A stretch of 60,956 nt of DNA from an uncultured Methanocellales archaeon (GTDB lineage: Archaea > Halobacteriota > JAWCLZ01): NCBI GenBank assembly GCA_964631075.1, contig CAZVYP010000002.1, positions 1 through 60,956 of the forward strand, read 5' to 3'. The notes beneath the pieces were generated by a model. The model saw nothing but the letters and a program-made list of their open reading frames with translations, was not told where the DNA came from and did not search any database. This document shows, one piece after another, positions 27,614 to 36,411 of this stretch. The position numbers and the translations under genes were made by a program. Numbering within the stretch: position 1 is the stretch's first letter; the number at the start of each line of letters is the position of its first letter.

Positions 27614-28879
27614 TTATTTTTTCAATTCTTCCAGCAGCTCCTTCGCGCGATCCACGCGCACCTTTCTCTCTCTGACCATGATCTCGGCGATTTTATCGAC
27701 CAGCTCGCCAGTGGCACCCGCTGCGATTGCGATATTCCTGGAGTGCAGGCCCATGTGCCCCCTCTGGATTCCCTCGGTTGCAAGAGCTCGAAGCGCAGCG
27801 AAGTTCTGAGCAAGGCCGACTGCAGCCATGATCTCTCCCGCCTCAGTAGCGGTTTTCACCCCAAGAATTTTCACGTTAACCCGCGCTGTGGGATGGGTCT
27901 TAGTTGCACCTCCCACCAGTCCGACGGCTAAAGGCAGCTCAATCGTGCCCACAAGATCGCCATCCACATTCTTCTCCCACTTTGAGAGCGGCTCATATCT
28001 CCCGCTCCGCGAAGCATAGGCATGCGCCCCTGACTCAACCGCACGTGTATCATTCCCTGTCGCTGTTACCACCGCGGTAATTCCATTCATAATGCCCTTG
28101 TTATGCGTAGTCGCGCGATAGTGATCAGCCGCAGCAAAGTTATACGCGAGCACAATCCCGTCTACAACCTCCTCGCCGCCTATGTTTGTCTTCGTAAAAA
28201 CCGCTCTCGCTCTCACCAAACGCTTATCAGCAAAGTTTGAGATAATCCTGAGGTAAACCCTTCCGCCGGTAATCTTTTCAATCAGCGGGGCAGCTGCCTC
28301 AGCCATGGTGTTCACAGCATTCGCCCCCATCGCATCGCGGCAGTCCACAATCAGGTGAGTTATCACCATAGCACCCGAGCCAGTTTGAATCACCCTAGCC
28401 TCAACGTCCTTCGCCCCGCCACCGAACTTGACCAGAACTGGATCCTGATCGTTGGCGAGCTTTATAAGCTCCTCCTTCCGCTCCAGAATGCGATTCCGCG
28501 CGCCATAGGGGTCTTTTATTCCAACCGCCTGAATCTGACCGATCATTATGGGTCCTGAGTTGCTTGTGTAAAAACCGCTGGACATCCTAGCAGCATTGCT
28601 TGCTGCCGCCACAACCGAAGGCTCCTCAATAGCCATCGGAATAAGATAATCTTTACCGTTGATAACAAAGTTAACAGCGATACCGAGAGGCAGAGGCAAG
28701 ACCCCGACCACATTCTCAATCATCTTATCTGCCTGTTCCTGAGAAAGAGCACCTGTATCACCAAGGACTTTAACTTCCTCATCACTCAGCTCTGCAAACT
28801 TCTTAACAAACTCAAGTCGCTCTTTAATGCTGAGCTTATAAAACCCTGAAACCCTCGACGACTTCTTTGACAACGACAA
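27614..28879 (-). CDS. hmgA: HMG-CoA reductase, class II type
   Basis: 421 aa. The N-terminus [13 protein letters not shown]...[47 protein letters not shown] aligns by eye with class II (Pseudomonas mevalonii-type) enzymes rather than the usual archaeal class I. Confidence 0.9.
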   Translation of the reverse strand: MSLSKKSSRVSGFYKLSIKERLEFVKKFAELSDEEVKVLGDTGALSQEQADKMIENVVGVLPLPLGIAVNFVINGKDYLIPMAIEEPSVVAAASNAARMSSGFYTSNSGPIMIGQIQAVGIKDPYGARNRILERKEELIKLANDQDPVLVKFGGGAKDVEARVIQTGSGAMVITHLIVDCRDAMGANAVNTMAEAAAPLIEKITGGRVYLRIISNFADKRLVRARAVFTKTNIGGEEVVDGIVLAYNFAAADHYRATTHNKGIMNGITAVVTATGNDTRAVESGAHAYASRSGRYEPLSKWEKNVDGDLVGTIELPLAVGLVGGATKTHPTARVNVKILGVKTATEAGEIMAAVGLAQNFAALRALATEGIQRGHMGLHSRNIAIAAGATGELVDKIAEIMVRERKVRVDRAKELLEELKK

Positions 28880-28921
28880 ACCTCCTGAATAGCATCATAT
28901 AATATTCATTACTCAACTTAA

Positions 28922-29059
28922 CCTTATCCAAGATCTCAACTTTTAAAAGCCTGTCTCCATGCGAATAAGAGCGATGCTCTGAAGATTTTGAAGAAGCGAT
29001 ATGCTACAGGGGAAATTTCGAAAGGTGAGTTTCTGGAGAAGAAAAAGGATTTAGAGTAA
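28922..29059 (+). pseudogene. start-less SHOCT-domain remnant
   Basis: The frame open after TAA (28919-28921) reads PYPRSQLLKACLHANKSDALKILKKRYATGEISKGEFLEKKKDLE. The last ~28 aa match the SHOCT pattern (L..L..ry..GEIs.eEf...k..L). There is no ATG, GTG or TTG in the frame. Confidence 0.4.
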
Positions 29060-29086
29060 AAAGGTTGAATACTACTAACGATTCTA

Positions 29087-29296
29087 ATGAAGAAAGAGTC
29101 TGAAATGAGCAACATCGAGCTTCTCAGAAGATGGAGAGTGCGAATAGGCAGCCAGCTTGTGTCTCCGAAGCAGACTTTTTGCCCCGTGGATAAGAAGATG
29201 GTTGATGTTGCCAGTAATTGCATTGAATGTAATTTTGCAAAAAGAGGTTTGGACGGCTTTCCATATTGCGAGTATGAATACTTGGAAAGAATTTAA
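29087..29296 (+). CDS. small hypothetical Cys-containing protein
   Basis: 69-aa ORF (FCPVD...CIECNF...YCEY) in an orphan-gene patch. No family recognised. Confidence 0.3.
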   Translation: MKKESEMSNIELLRRWRVRIGSQLVSPKQTFCPVDKKMVDVASNCIECNFAKRGLDGFPYCEYEYLERI

Positions 29297-29374
29297 GCCT
29301 GAATTATGAATAATAAATAGCGACACATATAAATACGAAGATAATTAAGTATAGAGGGGGACTGCTGGAGTTAA

Positions 29375-29983
29375 ATGAAGAAAATGGGATACAGGATACC
29401 TGCCTTTTTAATGGCACTAACTGTTATGGTGATCATAACCGGGTGTGTCCAAACGAAAACTCCCACACCAACTCCCACGCCGGTTCCTAGCATGACAGTA
29501 CTTACACCCACACCCACAATAAATTTAACACCTGGACTACCACCTGTGATTATCGTTAATGAGACTCCAAGTTATAAATTTGAGGATTTCCAGAAATGGG
29601 TGTTGGATAACAGAAGAGGTGCCCTAAGAGACAAAGCAAATGTCACACATAGAACATTTACGATAGATTTTGAGATCAATGCCTCGGCTGGCGGATTTAA
29701 GGTATACGATTTACTCTTGAAAGGGGAAACTTATGAACTTGAGGGTTTAATTGTAAAATTAGACAATAAATGGTATTACATCGATCCTGATTTCAATGAT
29801 ATTGTTCCGATCGAAAATGTATACGGATATTATTTGTATAATTTCGAGGAAATTTACAGATTTGAAAAAGGAAGAGTGTTTTACAATCATTTTAATAACA
29901 CATGTGTTATCAAAGGATTAACAGATAGCGAAGGATGGATAAATTTAAAAGAAATATACGAAAAGGCTTGGAAGAGAACTTAA
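29375..29983 (+). CDS. putative lipoprotein with Thr/Pro linker
   Basis: 202 aa with a signal peptide and lipobox (VIITGC), a TPTPTPTPVP linker, then a globular domain. GGAG lies ~9 nt upstream of the ATG. Confidence 0.6.
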   Translation: MKKMGYRIPAFLMALTVMVIITGCVQTKTPTPTPTPVPSMTVLTPTPTINLTPGLPPVIIVNETPSYKFEDFQKWVLDNRRGALRDKANVTHRTFTIDFEINASAGGFKVYDLLLKGETYELEGLIVKLDNKWYYIDPDFNDIVPIENVYGYYLYNFEEIYRFEKGRVFYNHFNNTCVIKGLTDSEGWINLKEIYEKAWKRT

Positions 29984-29984
29984 A

Positions 29985-30260
29985 TTATCGACCAGATTTT
30001 TTTCGGGCACAATTTATAATGATCTGAAAAGTTTCATACAGAGTCAGGTCCCAGAACCACTTCCGCCTTATGCAAGTTGCCTGGGCCTCAATCTGCAATG
30101 CTCTATGCGATAAATATCGATCCTCAAGTACTCCATATATTTTTACCCCTAACACAAGAGTTGCAATTAATAGTGCTAATGTTGCAAAAGCAATGAAATA
30201 GTCATACGTGGTCGGAGGAGAGAATTCTAGTAATACCTCATAGTCAACGCTCATAATCAA
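29985..30260 (-). CDS. small single-TM hypothetical protein
   Basis: 91-aa ORF with one clear TM helix (YFIAFATLALLIATLVLGVKIY). No family recognised. Confidence 0.35.
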   Translation of the reverse strand: MIMSVDYEVLLEFSPPTTYDYFIAFATLALLIATLVLGVKIYGVLEDRYLSHRALQIEAQATCIRRKWFWDLTLYETFQIIINCARKKSGR

Positions 30261-30392
30261 TCATTGCCCTTAATATTAATTCTAGCAGCATATACTAAAA
30301 CACTTTCTCCTGATGAGTTAAGAACGGTTTCCCAAGTCCCGTATGGAAAGAATATAAATAATATTAAACTAATTTATATTTTTGAGCAAAAT

Positions 30393-30848
30393 ATGGCAGA
30401 TAAAGTGGAGAAAGAAAAACCATTATTCGTAAAAACTTGTCCCTGGTGCCACTGGACCGTTATAGACCAGCTAGATGTGTTTGAGCTCCCCTATTCCATT
30501 TGCGAGAAATGTGGTAAAGAGCTCGAGATAAGGGATGAGAGAGAAATTCTGGTTGAATTCAAGATGTTCGGAGAAGCTGATGAACTTATCAAGCAGAATG
30601 TCGAAGCTCTCACCCCTCAGCAGAGAAAATGCGTGCTTGGAACTGCTGTAAACCATGAAAAAATAGAGATATACCTCGACAACCTCCTGAGGCTAACAAA
30701 AGAAGATACAGGCGCACTGATCTTCATGCTCGAGCGAATTATGCTGCACGAACTGGCTCACGTGCTTGCCAGGACCATTCAGGAGGAGGAAATCCATAAA
30801 TTTACAGATAAGGCAATGGTAATGAGACTCCAAATTAAGCCAGTTTAG
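30393..30848 (+). CDS. zinc-ribbon + HExxH mini-metalloprotease-like protein
   Basis: Track ORF 30264..30848 is probably overextended. The ATG at 30393 gives MADKVEKEK..., with CPWC...CEKC (a zinc ribbon) and IMLHELAHVL (a zincin HExxH). Confidence 0.5.
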   Translation: MADKVEKEKPLFVKTCPWCHWTVIDQLDVFELPYSICEKCGKELEIRDEREILVEFKMFGEADELIKQNVEALTPQQRKCVLGTAVNHEKIEIYLDNLLRLTKEDTGALIFMLERIMLHELAHVLARTIQEEEIHKFTDKAMVMRLQIKPV

Positions 30849-30865
30849 AGGTAACGAATATTGCT

Positions 30866-31426
30866 TTATGTGCCACCTTTTTTAAATCGATCCAGAAACT
30901 CAAGTGCGCCCTCCTCGTCAAAGGAGAAATTCCAGAAGTCGATTTTTACATCTGCATCCAGGCAGTGAATGTTTCCACATTCTTTGATCATGCCTATCTT
31001 TGAAAAAAAGTTCTCCGGAGCTGAAGCTTCATCATTAACCCATCTTGAGATCAGCTTGACACGCCCATCAAAACCATTTATTATGGATTGCTCCACCGCA
31101 TCCCTCATAAGCATGGTTCCGACTAATCGCATCTCTCCCTTTGCAACTGATTCGATGCAGTTTATATAAAGACAGCCCTTGCTTGTGTCGAGAGAAAACG
31201 CATATGCCCCAAGGACTTTGCCACTCTTCTTTTCTTTCAATATTCTGAGCTTATAGCTGCTACTGGCTATCTCACCCCATCCGAAAACAGTGTTCTTCCA
31301 AGAATCGCTGTAAGCTAAAAATCTTATATCTTCCCATCCAGCCCAGTCAATTTTTACTTCAATAGGCTTACCTGTTTTTTTATGCACAACGCGATACTCG
31401 GAATACAAGCTTAACGCTCCATTCAA
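30866..31426 (-). CDS. hypothetical protein (possibly GNAT-fold)
   Basis: 186 aa. A central stretch (LGAYAFSL...LYINCIESVAKGEMRLVGTMLMRDAVEQSIINGFDGRVKL...FFSKIGM) loosely resembles the acetyltransferase core. This is a weak call. Confidence 0.3.
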   Translation of the reverse strand: MNGALSLYSEYRVVHKKTGKPIEVKIDWAGWEDIRFLAYSDSWKNTVFGWGEIASSSYKLRILKEKKSGKVLGAYAFSLDTSKGCLYINCIESVAKGEMRLVGTMLMRDAVEQSIINGFDGRVKLISRWVNDEASAPENFFSKIGMIKECGNIHCLDADVKIDFWNFSFDEEGALEFLDRFKKGGT

Positions 31427-31629
31427 ATTCCTTTAAATATAATGATTGTTCATACAATATATAGTTTTCCAAAATATTTTTATTTAACAATTTAAAAATT
31501 AAAAAAAACAACTTTAATACAAAAATATGCTCTTTTATGATATATTAATGAAACCGTTCCCGAGCTTGCACTAAGATGGTCCCAGATTTTGGCAATAGTT
31601 TCTCATCTCTGCAAGATAATGGCTGTCTC

Positions 31630-33339
31630 TCAGGTCTTCCATGCATCGGTGATTTCTTTATCTAATTGCTCATACATGTCCTTTCTTGCTATCTCCATCA
31701 TCCTTGCTCTCTTTGTCACATAGCTCTCGACTCTGCCAAGCACTATTTTCGGTATATCTTCATTTTTCTCAACGTTGTAGAAGCTGACATTTGCTTTCAA
31801 GCCAACATTTTCCATAAGCTCTTCAACATACTCATTCAACCCAAGGTAGACTAGGGTTGCTCTGTTCTCAATTTTAGAAAAATAGTCGATCACATTCGGC
31901 AGATTTGTTATCGCGATATCGCTTATCATTAAGATATCAGGAGACCTTGTTTTTGTGGTGCTTCTCAGCGCGTCGATTTTGCTCAAATTCACAGCTGTAC
32001 CCCCACCGAAGTACTTGCAGAGAGTTTCATAGATTTGCTTTCTATCCCGTGTATACTCCAGAGCGAGCTCGTTACCGCCGAATGCGTCACTGTAATTATA
32101 TACTGCAACTCTGGCTCCATTTTCAAGGTACGCATTTGCCGCGCAGAAGCTGCCGAGCACAGCGTAAGATAAAATCTCTCTGGGATTTGCCATGCTGCCT
32201 GAGGAATCGATTATGATCAGGCAATCAGGTATGCCACCCAGGGCGCCATGCGTCTCGCCTTCTGCTTTTCTCCAGATTTTAGTAACACCGGGCAAAATCC
32301 TGCCAAAAGACCCCCAGATATTGATATCATGAATCGGCTTTTCGATTTCCCACTCTGAAAGCGAATATGGATAGAGAGAGCCATCTTTTTCAAGCGGCAA
32401 TTTCTGAACAGGAATTGTATAGTTCTCCGCCAGCTTTTGATAGAAAAGCACGCTTGCATCTATAAGACTTCCTCTTCCGATCCCCATTTGAACTTTTTTC
32501 TCGATATATTTGTGATACACCGGTGCAAAGTCTTCCTGTTTCTCCGGATTCTTACCATTCTTTTCCGCATCAACATCGCCTATCAAGCTTTCAAGATCTC
32601 TGACAATTTCTGTGAATTTCTTTGGATCTCCAATTCGCTTTGCAAAATCGCGTAGACTGCTTTCCATCTCTGATTTTGAATATCTGCTGAAGCCGCTTGT
32701 TGAAAGAGTACTCGCATCGCACTGCAGCAGTTCTTTTATATATCTTGCGAATCGCTTGCTTTCCACTTCCCATCTTGCCTTATTTGAGTAGTTCAGCGAG
32801 GCAAGCTTTTTTGTGATAGGGTGCTCTCCAACGCCCAGATCTATTTTCCAGAGCTCCTGATAAACCGAGCAGATGGCTTTTTCGAGCTCAGACTTATCCA
32901 TATTCAAGTAAAGCTCTGGTATGGCCGTTTCCATCTGGGTAATGCAGTATGTATTAGCTGCGATGTCCATGAAGTAATCGCTTGCTTTTACGGCCATCTC
33001 ATGGTTTTGAAGCACTTCCTTTACAGATGCATAAATCAGCAGATGAGTTGTCAAATCGAATGGACAGAAGCAGTGGTGGGATAGCTCGTGATCGAGCAGT
33101 GCTTCGATAATCAGATCCCGATCCATTTTTTCCGCAAGTTTATCGCAGAATTCTTTCCCGATTTTTATCTGCTTGTTCTTCATCTGAATTGAGGAACGCC
33201 CTGGCAGTGATGTAACTTCAGGCTTTGGCATAGCAGGGTATAGATGTTTTTTCCTCAGCTCTGGCCAGATCTCATCTATTATAATCCGGTACTGAAGCCG
33301 CACTATGTCTTTTTTCATTGCATCCAGCGGGTTATCCAT
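31630..33339 (-). CDS. zincin-like (HExxH) + von Willebrand A domain fusion protein (DUF2201-type architecture)
   Basis: Track ORF 31630..33393. I prefer the ATG at 33339 (MDNPLDAMKK), which gives an 8-nt overlap with the upstream stop. The N-terminal half has LLDHELSHHCFCP. The C-terminal half has the vWA MIDAS motif DCLIIIDSSGSM, plus later GGGT and LMISD. Confidence 0.75.
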   Translation of the reverse strand: MDNPLDAMKKDIVRLQYRIIIDEIWPELRKKHLYPAMPKPEVTSLPGRSSIQMKNKQIKIGKEFCDKLAEKMDRDLIIEALLDHELSHHCFCPFDLTTHLLIYASVKEVLQNHEMAVKASDYFMDIAANTYCITQMETAIPELYLNMDKSELEKAICSVYQELWKIDLGVGEHPITKKLASLNYSNKARWEVESKRFARYIKELLQCDASTLSTSGFSRYSKSEMESSLRDFAKRIGDPKKFTEIVRDLESLIGDVDAEKNGKNPEKQEDFAPVYHKYIEKKVQMGIGRGSLIDASVLFYQKLAENYTIPVQKLPLEKDGSLYPYSLSEWEIEKPIHDINIWGSFGRILPGVTKIWRKAEGETHGALGGIPDCLIIIDSSGSMANPREILSYAVLGSFCAANAYLENGARVAVYNYSDAFGGNELALEYTRDRKQIYETLCKYFGGGTAVNLSKIDALRSTTKTRSPDILMISDIAITNLPNVIDYFSKIENRATLVYLGLNEYVEELMENVGLKANVSFYNVEKNEDIPKIVLGRVESYVTKRARMMEIARKDMYEQLDKEITDAWKT

Positions 33340-34099
33340 AGATCCCTGTCTTCTCCTTACCCCGGTAAATCTTACCGGCTTTAATTTCACCAAGGCTCTC
33401 GATTTTACCTTTCACCCAGATTTCCCCTCCAATCATATTGCTCCCCAGATTGGCACCTGCATCGCCCTCTATTATTATCCGCCCGGATCTCATGTTCTGC
33501 CCTGCCGAATCGCCAGCGTTGCCTTTTACCAGTATTTTCCCATCAGACATGTTTAATCCTGCACCCGCACCCGCGCTGCCTTCCACTACAATCTCACCCG
33601 ATTGCATGCTTTCTCCTAGCCAGTTGCCGGAATTGCCTCTTATTAAAATTTTACCTCCATTCATACTGCTTCCAACTCTATCCCCCGTGCTGCCTTCTAC
33701 AATTATTTCACCCCCTTGCATGTAGTAGCCGAGGTAGTGTCCGGCGTCTCCCTTCAGGGTTATTTTCTTATTGTTATTCTTGCCGAGGTAGTTTATTCTC
33801 TCCCCGAGCTCGATCTCGAATTCGCTGTCCTCTGACCCAACGATGAGGAGCGAAAGAAATTCACCTGAGTGCTTGAAGTCCCGATCTTTTACTTCATATG
33901 GATATTTTGAGAAGTCGCGGATTGCCCGCGCGCTGTGACTCCTGACCCCCGGGGTTTTGAAGATCTCATAGATGTAGTACAGCTCAACATCGGCATTCCA
34001 TTTTTCAAAATCGTCAATAACTTCCTCAACGCCGGTTTCCCGCTGGGATATTTCCTTACCCTTAGGGCTGAAATCCTTGAATCTTTCAAGTATTCCCAT
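33332..34099 (-). CDS. stand-alone GXGXG-repeat right-handed beta-helix protein (GltB C-terminal / FwdC-like fold)
   Basis: 255 aa. A ~115-aa unique N-domain is followed by six ~19-aa repeats: GDAGHYLGYYMQGGEIIVEG / STGDRVGSSMNGGKILIRG / NSGNWLGESMQSGEIVVEG / SAGAGAGLNMSDGKILVKG / NAGDSAGQNMRSGRIIIEG / DAGANLGSNMIGGEIWVKG. Confidence 0.8.
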   Translation of the reverse strand: MGILERFKDFSPKGKEISQRETGVEEVIDDFEKWNADVELYYIYEIFKTPGVRSHSARAIRDFSKYPYEVKDRDFKHSGEFLSLLIVGSEDSEFEIELGERINYLGKNNNKKITLKGDAGHYLGYYMQGGEIIVEGSTGDRVGSSMNGGKILIRGNSGNWLGESMQSGEIVVEGSAGAGAGLNMSDGKILVKGNAGDSAGQNMRSGRIIIEGDAGANLGSNMIGGEIWVKGKIESLGEIKAGKIYRGKEKTGIYG

Positions 34100-35420
34100 T
34101 CTTAATCACATAGCTCTTGATTTCACGGTAAACCGGGTGGTCCCCCTGCACAAGCGTCTCAATTCCTGCTTTGCCTTCTTCAACGTAATAGGCCGCTTTG
34201 AGAGCGCTCTTGATATTATTTTTCTGCTCGGCGTAGCGATTGAAGACCTCGCCAACCGCTTTTTTTGCAAGGAAAATAGTGGCAGGATCGTTTCTGATTT
34301 CCTTTTTATATCGCGAGAGAAAAGTCTCGCTCCAGCGAATTCGATGAGCGAGAGTAAACGGAGCCATTTCCCGCACGTGCTCAATGCTGACCTCTTTTTC
34401 CCCTAAAAACCATGCGAGGGCTCGCGAGTATTCCTTTATGGAGAGCGGTACTCTGTTGGAAGCACAGTTTTCGATCGAGTGGCAGAGGTATCCTACGAAG
34501 TGGCAGCCTTCCTCGCACATCTGATTTGTCCTCTTCTGACCATAATTATGGCAAAAGCTCAGCTCGGCTATTAAGGTCAGCAGGAATGCAGTTGCGTCCT
34601 CGCTCAGCGGTATGCCCCTGACGTTCTTCCTTATTTCCTCTCTCTGCTCATAGCCCGGGGTTTCAATCCCGAGCTCTCTTTTCAACCTAGAGGCATATTT
34701 TGTAGACATATCCCTGATACTTTTGATTTTCTCTTCATATTCCACTTTGCTTTTTAGTATTCTGTTGATTTCCCTGGTGAGCTGGAAATCCCTTATGATC
34801 TTTTCAGCTTCCTTCTTCTGTCCATCTATCTCCGAGGAGTAAACCGCACCGGGATATTTGGACTCGACTTCAACGTCGAAGCGATCCAGCAGCGGCGGGA
34901 GAAGATCGGTCGTGCCCCTGTCCGAGTAATTCGCAGTTGCAAACAAGCAGTACTCCTCGTTCAGCAGCAGCTCGTCGAGGTACCTCCAAATACCGGTGTC
35001 GCAGCCCTTCAGGATTAAGCTCTGCTTCGAAGGCGGCAGGCGGTTGATTTCGTCAACTATCTTGGGCTGAAGCTGGGTGAAATTCGACCAGATCACCTCT
35101 TCCTGCCCGGCATTCAGCCTGCCGAGGTCTGGTCTGCCTTTAATTTTCTCCTCGGTCTGCTCGGGGTGTCCCTCCACCTCGGAGTCCCAGATTGTATCGA
35201 GCGGGAGCTGGTATACCAAGCAGGAGACATACTCTGCACCAGTGGTCTTACCGAGCCCTGGCTCGCCGACGATTAACTCTTTTCCCCCGATTAACGCTGT
35301 GATCAGGCTTAAAAGCAGGGTTGAGTTATATTTTTTTTCCTGAACTGCCATATCCGGTATGTTGAAATACAGGTTTTCTCCGATGAAGGAGTAGAGCTCT
35401 TCGATTTGCTTATTTTCCAT
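34086..35420 (-). CDS. MoxR-like AAA+ ATPase with Cys/His-rich insert
   Basis: 444 aa with Walker A VGEPGLGKTT, Walker B IVDEINRLPP (a MoxR hallmark), sensor-1 FATAN and LLDRF. Residues 290-319 read CH-x10-C-x3-CH-x5-CH-x4-C. Confidence 0.8.
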   Translation of the reverse strand: MENKQIEELYSFIGENLYFNIPDMAVQEKKYNSTLLLSLITALIGGKELIVGEPGLGKTTGAEYVSCLVYQLPLDTIWDSEVEGHPEQTEEKIKGRPDLGRLNAGQEEVIWSNFTQLQPKIVDEINRLPPSKQSLILKGCDTGIWRYLDELLLNEEYCLFATANYSDRGTTDLLPPLLDRFDVEVESKYPGAVYSSEIDGQKKEAEKIIRDFQLTREINRILKSKVEYEEKIKSIRDMSTKYASRLKRELGIETPGYEQREEIRKNVRGIPLSEDATAFLLTLIAELSFCHNYGQKRTNQMCEEGCHFVGYLCHSIENCASNRVPLSIKEYSRALAWFLGEKEVSIEHVREMAPFTLAHRIRWSETFLSRYKKEIRNDPATIFLAKKAVGEVFNRYAEQKNNIKSALKAAYYVEEGKAGIETLVQGDHPVYREIKSYVIKNGNT

Positions 35421-35461
35421 GGACTATCGACTTGTGGCTAATACTATATCGCAAATGGTTT

Positions 35462-36319
35462 TTAAATCTTATCCAGCTCATTTCTGATTTTCCTGCTCAC
35501 GTTCGAAATGCTGACCTGGGAGATGTTCAGCGATTTTTCGATTTCCCTCTGCGATAGCACTTTATTTGAGCAAATGTAAATCACGGCTGCAGAAAGCACA
35601 GCCGGGTTATGTCCGCTTGGCTCTAATTTGCCCAGAATTTCTTTAGCCTGACTTTCAATGTTATACCTGTTTATGCTGAGATCCTCGTTGTTCCTTGCCA
35701 GCACCATCATCTGAGCTTCGATATATTCGGCAGGAGTCATCCTCTGCTTTATACCTGTTATCTTTCTGGCAACTGCGAGGTGACTCATCTTCAAATCGAA
35801 TTCCACTATGCAGCCATTTTCATCGCACGCCAGTTTGAGCGCGAGCTCCACCATTTTTTCATGGGAATACTTCCTGAACTTTTTATTATCCTTCAGGCAC
35901 GCAAAAATTCGCCTGGCATCGAATATCATTGCTGCTTTTACTTCCTCATCAAGAATAATATTTTCAAGCTTCTGGTAAAACTGGCTTTGTTTGCAATTAT
36001 CGCAAATGCCAAGGGCAAAAACATTGTATTTAAAATTATTTATAGTCTCTAAAAAATGCATTCCTGCGTCAGCTTTTGAGATCTCCAGATCGCACACCGC
36101 GCAGCGCTCACTATAAGTATAGAATCTCTCATAATAAACATCTGCTACCTTCCCCACATAGTAGCCCAAGTCGCACGCATCACAATACACGCTGAATCCA
36201 TTTATGCCTCTATCAAGATTTTTAAGCTCTCTACCGCATTTCTGACATCTTTCATAATCCTTTTGAACCAGGGTTAACCATTTTTGCTTCTCGATACCGC
36301 CCATTAACATTATGTTCAT
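35462..36319 (-). CDS. divergent TFIIB/TFB-like protein with multi-CxxC N-terminus
   Basis: Track ORF 35462..36430. The start is ambiguous, and I prefer the ATG at 36319. The C-terminal half shows two cyclin-like repeats. The second ends NPAVLSAAVIYICSNKVLSQREIEKSLNISQVSISNVSRKIRNEL, a TFB-type HTH. The N-terminus has CQKC..CDAC, CAVC and CDNC pairs. Confidence 0.6.
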   Translation of the reverse strand: MNIMLMGGIEKQKWLTLVQKDYERCQKCGRELKNLDRGINGFSVYCDACDLGYYVGKVADVYYERFYTYSERCAVCDLEISKADAGMHFLETINNFKYNVFALGICDNCKQSQFYQKLENIILDEEVKAAMIFDARRIFACLKDNKKFRKYSHEKMVELALKLACDENGCIVEFDLKMSHLAVARKITGIKQRMTPAEYIEAQMMVLARNNEDLSINRYNIESQAKEILGKLEPSGHNPAVLSAAVIYICSNKVLSQREIEKSLNISQVSISNVSRKIRNELDKI

Positions 36320-36411
36320 GACCGGTGACTTATATCTTTTACTCACTTTTTTCAATAGATTTATATTGAAGAAGGACATTTTTCCTGTTAAAATGGGGGA
36401 GAAAGTGCAAT

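Noticed and set aside
33438-33725. 95-aa + strand ORF with Pro/Ser-rich repeats
   Set aside because: It is the mirror image of the GXGXG repeat gene. Its periodicity is inherited from the minus-strand 57-nt repeats.
33332-34099. Annotating the GXGXG protein as formylmethanofuran dehydrogenase subunit C or a glutamate synthase subunit
   Set aside because: There are no Fwd/Fmd or GltS partner genes in the neighbourhood. The gene is translationally overlapped with the MoxR and vWA genes instead, so only the fold is shared.
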